The position numbers and the translations under genes were made by a program. DNA of 64,000 nt, taken from Squalus acanthias. Lineage: Eukaryota. The stretch lies in the NCBI GenBank assembly GCA_030390025.1, contig CM059431.1:114330001-114394000 (forward strand), written 5' to 3'. Within the stretch, counting starts at the first letter, position 1; each line of letters starts with the position of its first letter. The notes under the pieces are model-generated. The model worked only from the letters and a program-made list of their open reading frames with translations, searched no databases and was not told where the DNA came from. This document shows, piece by piece, positions 1-13,700 of the stretch.

Positions 1-2705
1 GCATTGACTGCAGGTACCTGTGATACACATCCATTGAGTGTGGGTATCTGAAATATACAGGCATTGAGTGCAGGTACCTGGAATGTACATGCATTGAGTG
101 CAGGTACCAGTAATGTACAGGCATTGAGTGCAGGTACCTGTAATATACAGGCATTAATTGCAGGTACATGTAATTTAAAGGCATTGTTTGCAGGTACCTG
201 TATTGTACAGGCATTGAGTGCAGGTACCTGTAATACACATGCATTGAGTGCAGGTAACTGAAATATACAGGCATTGAGTGCAGGTACCTGTAATGTACAG
301 GCATTGAGTGCAGGTTACTGTAATATACAGGCATTGAGTGCAGGTACCTGTAATGTACAGGCATTTAGAGTAGTTACCTGTAATGTACAGGCGTTGTGTG
401 CAGGGACTGGAATGTACAGGCATTAAGTGCAGTAACCTGAAATGTACAGGCATTACATGCAGGTAAATATAATGAACAGGCATTGAGTGCAGGTACCTCT
501 AATGTACAGGCATTGAGCGCAGATAACTGTAATATACAGACACTGAGAGCAGGTTCCTGTATTATACAGGAATTCTGAGCAGGTACCTATAACGTACAGG
601 TATTGATTGCAGGTACCTGTAATGTACAGGCATTGAAAGCAGTAACCTGAAATGTACAGGCATTGACTGCAGGTAAATATAATGAACAGGCATTGAGTGC
701 AGAAACCTGTAATATACAGGCATTAAATGCAGGAAACTGTAATGTACAGGCATTATGTGCAGTTACCTGTAATATACAGGTACTGGAATGTACAGGCATT
801 GAGTGCAGGTACCTGTAATGTACAGGCATTGAGTGCAGATAACTGCAATATACAGTCATTGACTGCAGGTACCTGTAATACACAGGCATTGAGTGCAGTT
901 TCCTGTAATATACAGACATTGAGTGCAAGTACATGTAACATACAGGCATTCAGTACAAGTACCTGTAATATACAGACATTGAGTGCAGGTACATGTAATG
1001 TACATGCATTGAGTCCAGGTAACTGTAATGTACAGGCATTGTGTGCAGTTACATATAATATACAGGCATTGGGTGCAGGTACCTGTATTATGCAGGCTTT
1101 GATTTCAGGTTCCTGTAATGTACAGGCATTGAGTGCAGGAGCCGATAATGCACAGGCATTGAGTGCAGGTACCTGTAATTTACACACATTGTGTGCAGGT
1201 ACCTGTAATGTACAGGCAGTGAGTGCAGATAACTGCAATATACAGGCATTGAGTGCAGGTACCTGTAATATACAAGTACTGAGTGCAGGTAACTGTAATA
1301 TACAGGCATTGAATGCCGGTCCCTGTAATGTACAGGCATTGACTAAAAGTACCTGTAATGTACAGAAATTGAGTGCAGGTACCTGTAATATACAGGCAGT
1401 GAGTGCAGGTACTGGAATGTATAGGCATTGATTGCAGGTACCTGTAATGTACAGGCATTGAGTGCAGATATCTGTAATATACAGGCATTGACTGCAGGTA
1501 CCTGTGATACACATCCATTGAGTGTGGGTATCTGAAATATACAGGCATTGAGTGCAGGTACCTGGAATGTACATATCATTGAGTGCAGATACATATAATG
1601 TATGGTCATTGAGTGCAGGTACCAGTAATGTACATGCATTGAGTGCAAGTACCAGTAATGTACAGGCATTGAGTGCAGGTACCTGTAATATACAGGCATT
1701 AATTGCAGGTACATGTAATTTAAAGGCATTGTTTGCAGGTACCTGTATTGTACAGGCATTGAGTGCAGGTAACTGAAATATACAGGCATTGAGTGCAGGT
1801 ACCTGTAATGTACAGGCATTGAGTGCAGGTTACTGTAATGTACAGGCATTGAGTGCAGGTACCTGTAATGTACAGGCATTTAGAGTAGTTACCTGTAATG
1901 TACAGGCGTTGTGTGCAGGGACTGGAATGTACAGGCATTAAGTGCAGTAACCTGAAATGTACAGGCATTGAATGCAGGTAAATATAATGAACAGGCATTG
2001 AGTGCAGGTACCTCTAATGTACAGGCATTGAGCGCAGATAACTGTAATATACAGACACTGAGAGCAGGTTCCTGTATTATACAGGAATTCTGAGCAGGTA
2101 CCTATAACGTACAGGTATTGATTGCAGGTACCTGTAATGTACAGGCATTGAGAGCAGTAACCTGAAATGTACAGGCATTGACTGCAGGTAAATATAATGA
2201 ACAGGCATTGAGTGCAGAAACCTGTAATATACAGGCATTAAATGCAGGAAACTGTAATGTACAGGCATTATGTGCAGTTACCTGTAATATACAGGTACTG
2301 GAATGTACAGGCATTGAGTGCAGGTACCTGTAATGTACAGGCATTGAGTGCAGATAACTGCAATATACAGGCATTGACTGCAGGTACCTGTAATACACAG
2401 GCATTGAGTGCAGTTTCCTGTAATATACAGACATTGAGTGCAAGTACATGTAACATACAGGCATTCAGTACAAGTACCTGTAATATACAGACATTGAGTG
2501 CAGGTACATGTTATGTACATGCATTGAGTCCAGGTAACTGTAATGTACAGGCATTGTGTGCAGTTACATATAATATACAGGCATTGGGTGCAGGTACCTG
2601 TAATATACTGACATTGAGTGCAGGTTCCTGTATTATGCAGGCTTTGATTTCAGGTACCTGTAATGTACAGGCAGTGAGTGCAGTTACCTGTAATGTACAG
2701 GCATT
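1..2705 (+). repeat. ~1.5-kb higher-order tandem duplication within the satellite
   Basis: The same order of variant monomers recurs at offset 1484-1515: position 1 matches 1485, and ORF 727 matches ORF 2242. Confidence 0.85.
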
Positions 2706-3465
2706 GGCCCGAATATTAGACCTAATGCGGGAGAGTATGCACTGTGTACTCTCGCGTATTAGGTCCTGAAGTGCCGGTTTCCTGCATGCACTGCGCATGC
2801 GCGGGAAACCGGCACTTCATGTATGGCAAAGGGGGCAGTTCCTAAGTGAACCACGTGCGTGCTACAGGTTGCGCGCACGCAGCACACTTAGTTTTTTTTT
2901 CAGGTTTGAACGCGCAGGTAAGTGTTGAAGATTTTACACATAAAGAAAGCAGGCGTAAGACCCCCTTTTAACAAGGTAAGTAGTTAATTAAGTATTTTAA
3001 TTTTTTTTCAACAGGTTTATCTTTTTTAGAGACTTTAAAGAAAGGTAAGTTTATTTTTATAACTTTTAAAAAGAATTTAAATTTTTTCAAAAATTTTAAT
3101 TTTTGTTTAAAGTGGTTAATTTATTTAACTATAGTTACTTTATTAATGTGATGGCTTTTTTAAATTTAATTGAGGTTTAGCTGTTCTTTTGGGGGCTTGT
3201 TGTATTCATAGTTTTGACAGCTCTTGCTGTCAAAACTGTGAATGAAAGATGGTGTGCTGCCATTGGCTCTAACTGGCCCACGTGATCCCAGAGGTCGCAT
3301 CGCACTAACTGCGCCTCTGGGACACGCACACACTGCGCGCTGGCACCAGGGAGAGGCCCAGGAACTGAAGTTCGTGTGGGCCAAAACCATAAAGGTAGGC
3401 ACGGAGTGCGATATTACGGGGGATCCTTACCCCCGCGGCAACCATCGAACTCCAATTTCTGGGCC
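2706..3465. mobile_element. 760-bp non-autonomous PIF/Harbinger-type MITE inserted in the satellite
   Basis: Imperfect TIRs GGCCCGAATATT...AATTTCTGGGCC and a 3-bp TSD ATT (2703-2705, 3466-3468). Removing it restores GCATTGAATGCAG. It has subterminal hairpins and an AT-rich core, and is related to 39958-41016 and 52040-52800. Confidence 0.85.
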
Positions 3466-4038
3466 ATTGAATGCAGCACCTGAAATGTACAGGCATTGCG
3501 CGCAGCTAACTGTAATATACAGGCATTGAGTGCAGTTACATGTAATATACAGGCATTGAGTGCAGGTACCTGTAATATACTAGTACTGAGTGCAGGTAAC
3601 TGTAATATACAGGCCTTGAATGCCGGTCCCTGTAATGTACAGGCATTGACTGCAGGTACCTGTAATGTACAGAAATTGAGTGCAGGTACCTGTAATATAC
3701 AGGCATCGAGTGCAGGTACTGGAATGTATAGGCATTGATTGCAGGTACCTGTAATGTACAGTCATTGAGTGCAGATATCTGTAATATACAGGCCTTGACT
3801 GCAGGTACCTGTAATACACAGGCATTGAGTGCAGATACCTGTAATGTATAGGCATTGAGTGCAGTAAACTTAAATGTACATGCATTGACTGCAGGTAACT
3901 TTAATTAACAGGCATTGAGTGCAGCTACCTGTAATGTACAGGCATTGCGCGCAGCTAACTGTAATATACAGGCATTGAGTGCAGTTACCTGTAATATACA
4001 GGCATTCAGTGCAGTTACCTGTAATACACAGGCATTGA

Positions 4039-4468
4039 AACATAGAAACATAGAAACTAGGAGCAGGAGTAGGCCATTCGGCCCGTCGAGCCTGCTCCAC
4101 CATTCAATACGATCATGGCTGATCATCCAAATCCAGCACCCCGTCCCTGTTTTAATCCCCACAGTACACATATCCCACCCTACCCATATCCCACCCTACC
4201 CCCGTAACCCCACGTATTTAATTCCCCCTAACATATCCCATTCTATCCCCATAACCCCACATATTTAATCCCCCCCTAACATTAAGGGTCAATTTATCAT
4301 AGCCAAATCAACCTAACCCGCACATTTTTGGACTGTGGGAGGAAACCGGAGCACCCGGAGGAAACCCACGCAGACACGGGGAGAATGTGCAAACTCCACA
4401 CACAGTCACCCGAGGTCAGATTCGAACCCGGGTCCCTGGCGCTGTAAGGCACCAGTGCTAACCACTAC
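4039..4468 (-). mobile_element. HE1-like V-SINE (tRNA head plus V domain) with CR1-derived 3' tail
   Basis: On the minus strand: tRNA-like head GTAGTGGTTAGCACTG...GGTTCGAATC, V-domain-like GGAGTTTGCACATTCTCCCCGTGTCTGCGTGGGTTTCCTCCGGGTGCTCCGG, and a 3' end matching the CR1 3'UTR at 47095-47210 with a (TTCTATGT)n tail. Confidence 0.85.
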
Positions 4469-7400
4469 AGTGCAGGTACCTGTAATATACTGACATTGAT
4501 TGCAGGTTCCTGTATTATATAGGCTTTGATTTCAGGTTCCTGTAATGTACAGGCATTGAGTGCAGTAGCCTATAATGTACAGCCATTGAGTGCAGGTACC
4601 TGTAATGTACACACATTGAGTGCAGGTTCCTGTAATGTACAGGCATTGAGTGCAGAGACCAATAATGTACAGGCATTGAGTACAGGTACCTATACTGTTC
4701 AGGCATTGACTGCAGGTACCTGTAATATACAGGCATTGAGTGCATGTACATGTAATGTACAGGCATTGAGAGCAGATAACTGTAATATACAGGCATTGAG
4801 AGCAGTAACCTGAAATGTACAGGCATTGACTGCAGGTAAATATAATGAACAGGCATTGAGTGCAGGTACCTGTAATGTAAAGGCATTGCGTGCAGAAACC
4901 TGTAATATACAGGCATTGAGTGCAGGAAACTGTAATGTACAGGCATTATGTGCAGTTACCTGTAATATACAGGTACTGGAATGCACAGGCATTGAGTGCA
5001 GGTACCTGTAATGTACAGGTATTGAGTGCAGTTTCCTGTAATATACAGGCATTCAGTGCAAGTACCTGTAATATACAGGAATTTACAGGAATTGGGTGCA
5101 TATTCCTGTATGATACAGGCTTTGATTTCTGCTTCCTGTAATATACAGGAAATGACTGCAGGTACCTGTAATGTACAGGCATTGAGTGCAGCTCCCTGTA
5201 ATATACAGGCATTGAGTGCAGATAACTTTAATATACAGGCATTGAGTGCAGGTACCTGTAATGTACATGCTTTGAGTGCAGATACCAATAATGTACAGGC
5301 ATTGAGTGCAGCTCCCTGTAATATACAGGAATTCAGTGCAGATAACTTAATTAACAGGTATTCAGTGCAGGTACCTGTAATGTACAGGTATTGAGTGCAG
5401 ATAATTGTAATATACAGGCATTGAATGCAGGTACCTGTTATACACTGGAATTCAGTGCAGGTACCTGTAATATACAGGCACTGAGTGCAGGTACCTGTAA
5501 TCTACAGGCATTGAGTGCAGGTAACTTTAATGCACAGGCATTGTCTGCAGTTACCTGTAATATACAGGCATTGAGTGCAGGTACCTGTAATATACAGGCA
5601 TTGAGTGCAGATAACTTTAATATACAGGCATTGAATGCAGGTACATGTAATGTACAGGCATTGAGTGCAGGTACCTGTAATGTACAGGCATTGAGTGCAG
5701 GTACCTGTATTGTACAGGCATTGAGTGCAGGTACCTGTAATGTACAGGCATTGAGTGCAGGTACCTGTATTGTACAGGCATTGCGTGCAGGTACAGGAAT
5801 GTACAGTTATTGAGTGAAGTAACCTTTAATGTACAGGCCTTGAGTGCAGCAACCTGAAATGTACAGGTGTTGATGGCAGGTAACATGAATTAACAAGTAT
5901 TGAGTGCAGGTACCTGTAATACATAGAAATTCAGTGCAGGTACCTGTAATATACAGGCACTGAGTGCAGGTACCTGTACTGTACAGGCATTGAGTGCAGG
6001 TACCTGTAATGTACAAGCATTGAGTGCAGGTACCTGTAATATACAGGCATTGAGTGCAGGTAACTGTAATGTACAGGCATTGTTTGCAGTTACCTGTAAT
6101 ACACAGGCATTCTGTGCAGCTACCTGTAATATACAGGCATTGAGTGCAGGTTCCTGTAATATAAAGGCTGTGATTTCAGGTTCCTGTAATGTACAGGCAT
6201 TGAGTGCAGGTACCAGTAATATACAGGCATTGAGTACAGGCACCTGTAATATATAGGCATTGAGTGCAGGTAACTGTAATGTACAAGCATTGAGTGCAGG
6301 TACCTGTTAAGTACAGCCATTGAGTGCATTAACCTGTAATATACAGCCATTGAGTGCATGTACCTGTAATGTACAATCATTGAGTGCAGGTAACTGTAAT
6401 ATACAGGCATTGTGTGCTGGTACCTGTAATGTACAGGCATTGAGTGCAGGTAACTGTAATATATAGGCAGAGCCTGCAGGTTACTGAAATATACAGCCAA
6501 TGAATGCATGTGGCTGTAATATACAGGCATTGAGTGAAGTTGACTGTAATGTACAGGCATTGGTTGCAGGTAGCTGTAATATACAGGCATTGCGTGCAGG
6601 TACCTCTAATGTGCAGGCATTGAGTGCAGGTACCAGTAATATACAGACATTGAGTGCAGGTACCTGTAATGTACAGGCAATGAGTGCAGCTACCTTTGAT
6701 ATCCAAGCATTGAATGCAGGTACTTTTAATATACAGGTATTCAGTGCATGTACCTGTAATGTACAGGCATTGAGTGCAGGTAACTGTAATATACAGGCAT
6801 TGAGTGCAGGTACCTGTAATCTACAGGCATTGACTGCATGCACCTGTTAATGCAGCCATTGAGTGCATTAACCTGAAATGTACAGGCATTGAGTGCAGTT
6901 AACTTTAATTAACAGGCATTGAGTGCAGGTACCTGTAATGTGCAGGCATTGAGGGCAGATAACTTTACTATATACAGGCATCGAGTGCAGGTCCTGCAAT
7001 GTAATGGCATTTTGTGCAGGTACCTGTAATATACAGGCATTGCATGCAGATAACTGTAATATACAGGCATTGTGTGCTGGTACCTGTAATGTACAGGCAT
7101 TGCATGCAGGTAACTGTAATGTAAAGGGATTGACTGCCGGTTACTGAAATATACAGCCATTGAATGCAGGTAGCTGTGAAGTACAGGCATTGAGTGCCGT
7201 TCACTGTAATATACAGGCATTGACTGCCGGTACCTGTAATGTGCAGTCATTGAGTGCATGTAAGTGGAATATACAGGCATTAAGTGCAGGTATCTTTAAT
7301 CTACAGGCATTAATTGCAGGTACCTTTAATATACAGGCATTGAGTGCAGGTACCTGTACTCAACAGGCATTGCGTGCATTTACCTGTATTTTACAGGCAT

Positions 7401-9687
7401 TGAATGCAGGTACCTGTACTATAGAGGGATTGTGTGCAGGTTCCTGCATTATACAGGCTTCGATTTCAGGTTCCTGTAATGTACAGGCATTGATTGCATG
7501 TACCTGTAATGTACAGGCATTGAGTGCAGGTACCTGTAATATACAGGCATTGTGTGCAGATAACTTTAATAAACTGGCATTGAGAGCAGGTACCTGTAAT
7601 GTACAGGCATTGACAGCAGGTGCCAGAAATATACAGGCATTGAGTGCAGGTACCTGTAATGTACAGTCATTGAGTGCATGTAAGTGGAATATACAGGCAT
7701 TAAGTGCAGGTATCTTTAATCTACAGGCATTAATTGCAGGTAACTGTAATATACAGGCATTGTGTGCTGGTAGCTGTAATTTACAGGCATTGAGTGCAGG
7801 TAACTGTATTATATAGGCATTGACTGCAGGTTACTGAAATATTCAGCCATTGATTGCAGGTAGCTGTAATGTACAGGCATTGAGTGCAGGTACCAGTAAT
7901 ATACAGGCATTGAGTTCAGGTAACTGTTAAGTACAGCCATTGAGTGCATTAACCTGAAATGTACAGGCATTGAGTGTAGTTAACATTAATTGATGGGCAT
8001 TGAGTGCAGGTACCTCTAATATACAGGCATTGAGTGTAGGTCCTGTAATGTAAAGGTGTTTTGTGCAGGTACCTGTAATATACAGGCATTGAGTGCAGAT
8101 AACTGTAATATACAGGCTTTGTGTGCTGGTACCTGTAATGTACAGGCATTGAGTGCAGGTAACTGTAATATTTAGGGATTGACTGCAGGGTACTGAAATA
8201 TACATCCATTGAATGCAGGTACCTGTAATGTACAGGCATTGAGTGAAGGTAACTGTTATATAATGGCATTGAGTGCACGTACCTGTAATGTACAGGCATT
8301 GAGTGTAGGTAGCTGTAATGTACAGGCATTGAGTGCAGGTAGCTGTAATATACAGGCATTGAGTGCAGGTACCTGTAATGTACAGGCATTGAGTGCAGTT
8401 ACCTGTGATACACAGGCATTGCGTGCAGGTAGCTGTATTGTACAGGCATTGACTGCAGGTGCCAGAAATATACAGGCATTGAGTGCAGTTACCTGTAATG
8501 TACAGGCATTGAGTGCATGTTACTGGAATATACAGGCATTAAGTGCAGGTACCTGTAATTGACAGGCATTGAGTGCAGTTACCTGTATTTTACAGGCATT
8601 GAGTGCAGGTACCTGTAATATACATGTATTGAGTGCAGGTTCCTGTATTATACAGGCTTTGATTTCCGGTTCCTGTAATGTACAGGCATTGATTGCAGGT
8701 ATCTGTATTGTACAGACATTGAGTGCAGCTCCCTGTAATATACAGGCATTGAGTGCAGGTACCTGTAATGTACTGGCGTTTAGTGCAGATACCTATAATG
8801 TACAGGCATTGAGTGCAGCTACCAGTAATGTACAGCCATTGAGTGCAGGTAACTGTAATATATAGGCATTGACTGCAGGTTACTGAAATATACAGGGATT
8901 GAGTGTAGCTTCCTGTATTATACTGGCTTTGATTTCAGGTTCCTGTAATGTACAGGCATTGAGTGCAGGTACTTGTAATGTACAGGCATTATGTGCAGGT
9001 TCCTGTATTGTTCAGGCATTGAGTGCAGGTACCTGTGATATACTTGCATTGGGTGCAGGTCACTTTAATGTACAGGGATTGAGTGCAGGTACAGGAATGT
9101 ACAGGCATTGACTGCAGGTACCTGTAATGTACAGGCATTGCGTGCAGGTAACTGTAATATACAGGCATTGAATGCAGGTATCTGTAATGTACAGGCATTG
9201 ACTACAAGTATATGTAATGTACTGGAATTGAGAGCAGGTACCTTTAATCTACAGGCATTGAGTGTGGGTACATGTAATATGCAGGCATTGACCACCAGTA
9301 CCTGTAATGCACAGGTATTGATTGCAGGTACCTGTAATATACAGGCATTGTGTGCACCTGAGATATACAAGCATTGAGTGCAGGTACCTGTAATGTACTT
9401 GCATTGAGTTCAGGAACCTGTAAGTTACAAGCATTGAGTGCGGGTACCTGTAATATACAGGAATTGTCTGCAGCTACCTATAATGTACAGGCATTGAGTG
9501 CAGGTACCTGTAATGTACAGGCATTGTGTGCAGGTACCTGTAATAGACAGGCATTGAGTGCAAGTACCTTTAATGTACAGGCATTGAGTGTGGGTACATG
9601 TAATATATAGTCATTGAATCCCAGTACCTGTAATGTACAGGCATTGCGTGCAGGTAGTGTAATGTACCGGCATTGAGTGCAGGTATT

Positions 9688-10750
9688 GGAATGTACAGGC
9701 ATTGTGTGCAGTTACCTGTAATATACAGGCATTGAGTGCATGTACCTGTAATATAGAGGCATTGAGTGAGGGTATCTGTAATATACAGACATTGAGTGCA
9801 GGTAACTGTAATATATAGGCATTGACTGCAGGTTACTGAAATATACAGCCATTGAATGCAGGTAGTTGTAATGTACAGGCATTGAGTGCAGGTAACTGTT
9901 ATATAATGGCATTGAGTGCAGGTACCTGTTATCTACAGGCATTGAGTGCAGGTACCTGTAATGTACAGGCATTGAGTTCAGGAACCAGTAATTTACAGGC
10001 ATTGAATGTGGGTACCTGTAATATACAGGAATTGACTGCAGCTACCTGTAATGTACAGGCATTGAGTGCAGGTATCTGTTAAGTACAGCCATTGAGTAAA
10101 TTAATCTGTAATGTACAAGCATTGACTACAAGTACCTGTAATGTACAGGCGTTGAGTGCAAGTACCTTTAATGTACAGGCGTTGAGTGTGGGTACATGTA
10201 ATATATAGTCATTGAATCCCAGTACCTGTAATGTACAGGCATTGCGTGCAGGTAGTGGAATGTACAGGCATTGTGTGCAGTTACCTGTAATATACAGGCA
10301 TTGAGTGCATGTACCTGTAATATAGAGGCATTGAGTGAGGGTATCTGTAATATACAGACATTGAGTGCAGGTAACTGTAATATATAGGCATTGACTGCAG
10401 GTTACTGAAATATACAGCCATTGAATGCAGGTAGTTGTAATGTACAGGCATTGAGTGCAGGTAACTGTTATATAATGGCATTGAGTGCAGGTACCTGTTA
10501 TCTACAGGCATTGAGTGCAGGTACCTGTAATGTACAGGCATTGAGTTCAGGAACCAGTAATTTACAGGCATTGAATGTGGGTACCTGTAATATACAGGAA
10601 TTGACTGCAGCTACCTGTAATGTACAGGCATTGACTGCAGGTATCTGTTAAGTACAGCCATTGAGTACATTAATCTGTAATGTACAAGCATTGACTACAA
10701 GTACCTGTAATGTACAGGCGTTGATTGCAAGTACCTTTAATGTACAGGCA
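9688..10750 (+). repeat. 569-bp tandem duplication within the satellite
   Basis: ORFs 9712 and 10281 are identical and ORFs 9852 and 10421 nearly so, both at offset 569. Confidence 0.85.
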
Positions 10751-11079
10751 TTGAGTGTAGTTAACATTAATTAATGGGCATTGAGTGTAGGTACCTCTAA
10801 TATACAGGCATTGAGTGTAGGTCCTGTAATGTAAAGGTGTTTTGTGCAGGTACCTGTAATATACAGGCATTGAGTGCAGATAACTGTAATATACAGGCTT
10901 TGTGCGCTGGTACCTGTAATATACAGGCATTGAGTGCAGGTAACTGTAATATTTAGGGATTGACTGCAGGGTACTGAAATATACAGCCATTGAATGCAGG
11001 TACCTGTAATGTACAGGCATTGAGTGAAGGTAACTGTTATATAATGGCATTGAGTGCAGGTACCTGTAATGTACAGGCA

Positions 11080-13700
11080 TTGAGTGCAGGTAGCTGTAAT
11101 ATACAGGCATTGAGTGCAGGTAGCTGTAATATACAGGCATTGAGTGCAGGTACCTGTAATGTACAGGCATTGAGTGCAGTTACCTGTGATACACAGGCAT
11201 TGCGTGCAGGTAGCTGTCTTGTACAGGCATTGACTGCAGGTGCCAGAAATATACAGGCATTGAGTGCAGTTACCTGTAATGTACAGGCATTGAGTGCATG
11301 TAACTGGAATATACAGGCATTAAGTGCAGGTACCTGTAATCGACAGGCATTGAGTGCAGTTACCTGTATTTTACAGGCATTGAGTGCAGGTACCTGTAAT
11401 ATACATGTATTGAGTGCAGGTTCCTGTATTATACAGGCTTTGATTTCCGGTTCCTGTAATGTACAGGCATTGATTGCAGGTATCTGTAATGTACAGGCAT
11501 TGAGTGCAGCTCCCTGTAATATACAGGCATTGAGTGCAGGTACTTGTAATGTACAGACATTGAGTGCAGGTAACTGTAATATATAGGCATTGACTGCAGG
11601 TTACTGAAATATACAGCCATTGAATGCAGGTAATTGTAATGTACAGGCATTGAGTGTAGGTAACTGTTATATAATGGCATTGAGTGCAGGTACCTGTTAT
11701 CTACAGGCATTGAGTGTAGGTACCTGTGATGTACAGGCATTGAGTTCAGGAACCTGTAATTTACAGGCATTGAATGTGGGTACCTGTAATATACAGGAAT
11801 TGACTGCAGCTACCTGTAATGTACAGGCATTGAGTGCAGGTATCTGTTAAGTACAGCCATTGAGTAAATTAATCTGTAATGTACAAGCATTGACTACAAG
11901 TACCTGTAATGTACAGGCGTTGAGTGCAAGTACCTTTAATGTACAGGCGTTGAGTGTGGGTACATGTAATATATAGTCATTGAATCCCAGTACCTGTAAT
12001 GTACAGGCATTGCGTGCAGGTAGTGTAATGTACCGGCATTGAGTGCAGGTATTGGAATGTACAGGCATTGTGTGCAGTTACCTGTAATATACAGGCATTG
12101 AGTGCATGTACCTGTAATATAGAGGCATTGAGTGAGGGTATCTGAAATATACAGACATTGAATGCAGGTACCTGTAATGTACAGGCATTGACTACAAGTA
12201 CTTGTCATGTACAGGAATTCACTGCAGCTACAGGCAGTGAGTGCAGGTACTGGAATGTACAGGCATTGAGTGCAGGTACCTGTAATGTACTGGCGTTTAG
12301 TGCAGATACCTATAATGTACAGGCATTGAGTGCAGATACCTGTAATGTACAGGTATTGAGTGCAGCTACCAGTAATGTACAGCCATTGAGTGCAGGTAGC
12401 TGTAATATACAGGCATTGAGTGCAGGTAGCTGTAATATACAGGCATTGAGTGCAGGTACCTGTAATGTACAGGCATTGAGTGTAGTTTCCTGTGATACAC
12501 AGGCATTGCGTGCAGGTAGCTGTATTGTACAGGCATTGACTGCAGGTGCCAGAAATATACAGGCATTGAGTGCAGTTACCTGTAATGTACAGGCATTGAG
12601 TGCATGTAACTGGAATATACAGGCATTAAGTGCAGGTACCTGTAATCGACAGGCATTGAGTGCAGTTACCTGTATTTTACAGGCATTGAGTGCAGGTACC
12701 TGTAATATACATGTATTGAGTGCAGATTCCTGTATTATACAGGCTTTGATTTCCGGTTCCTGTAATGTACAGGCATTGATTGCAGGTATCTGTAATGTAC
12801 AGGCATTGAGTGCAGCTCCCTGTAATATACAGGCATTGAGTGCAGGTACTTGTAATGTACAGACATTGAGTGCAGGTAACTGTAATATATAGGCATTGAC
12901 TGCAGGTTACTGAAATATACAGCCATTGAATGCAGGTAGTTGTAATGTACAGGCATTGAGTGCAGGTAACTGTTATATAATGGCATTGAGTGCAGGTACC
13001 TGTTATCTACAGGCATTGAGTGTAGGTACCTGTGATGTACAGGCATTGAGTTCAGGAACCTGTAATTTACAGGCATTGAATGTGGGTACCTGTAATATAC
13101 AGGAATTGACTGCAGCTACCTGTAATGTACAGGCATTGAGTGCAGGTATCTGTTAAGTACAGCCATTGAGTAAATTAATCTGTAATGTACAAGCATTGAC
13201 TACAAGTACCTGTAATGTACAGGCGTTGAGTGCAAGTACCTTTAATGTACAGGCGTTGAGTGTGGGTACATGTAATATATAGTCATTGAATCCCAGTACC
13301 TGTAATGTACAGGCATTGCGTGCAGGTAGTGTAATGTACCGGCATTAAGTGCAGGTATTGGAATGTACAGGCATTGTGTGCAGTTACCTGTAATATACAG
13401 GCATTGAGTGCATGTACCTGTAATATAGAGGCATTGAGTGAGGGTATCTGAAATATACAGACATTGAATGCAGGTACCTGTAATGTACAGGCATTGACTA
13501 CAAGTACTTGTCATGTACAGGCATTCACTGCAGCTACAGGCAGTGAGTGCAGGTACTGGAATGTACAGGCATTGAGTGCAGGTACCTGTAATGTACTGGC
13601 GTTTAGTGCAGATACCTATAATGTACAGGCATTGAGTGCAGATACCTGTAATGTACAGGTATTGAGTGCAGCTACCAGTAATGTACAGCCATTGAGTGCA
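11080..13700 (+). repeat. 1306-bp tandem duplication within the satellite
   Basis: ORF pairs 11429/12735, 11620/12926 and 11936/13242 recur at offset 1306 with near identity. Confidence 0.85.
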
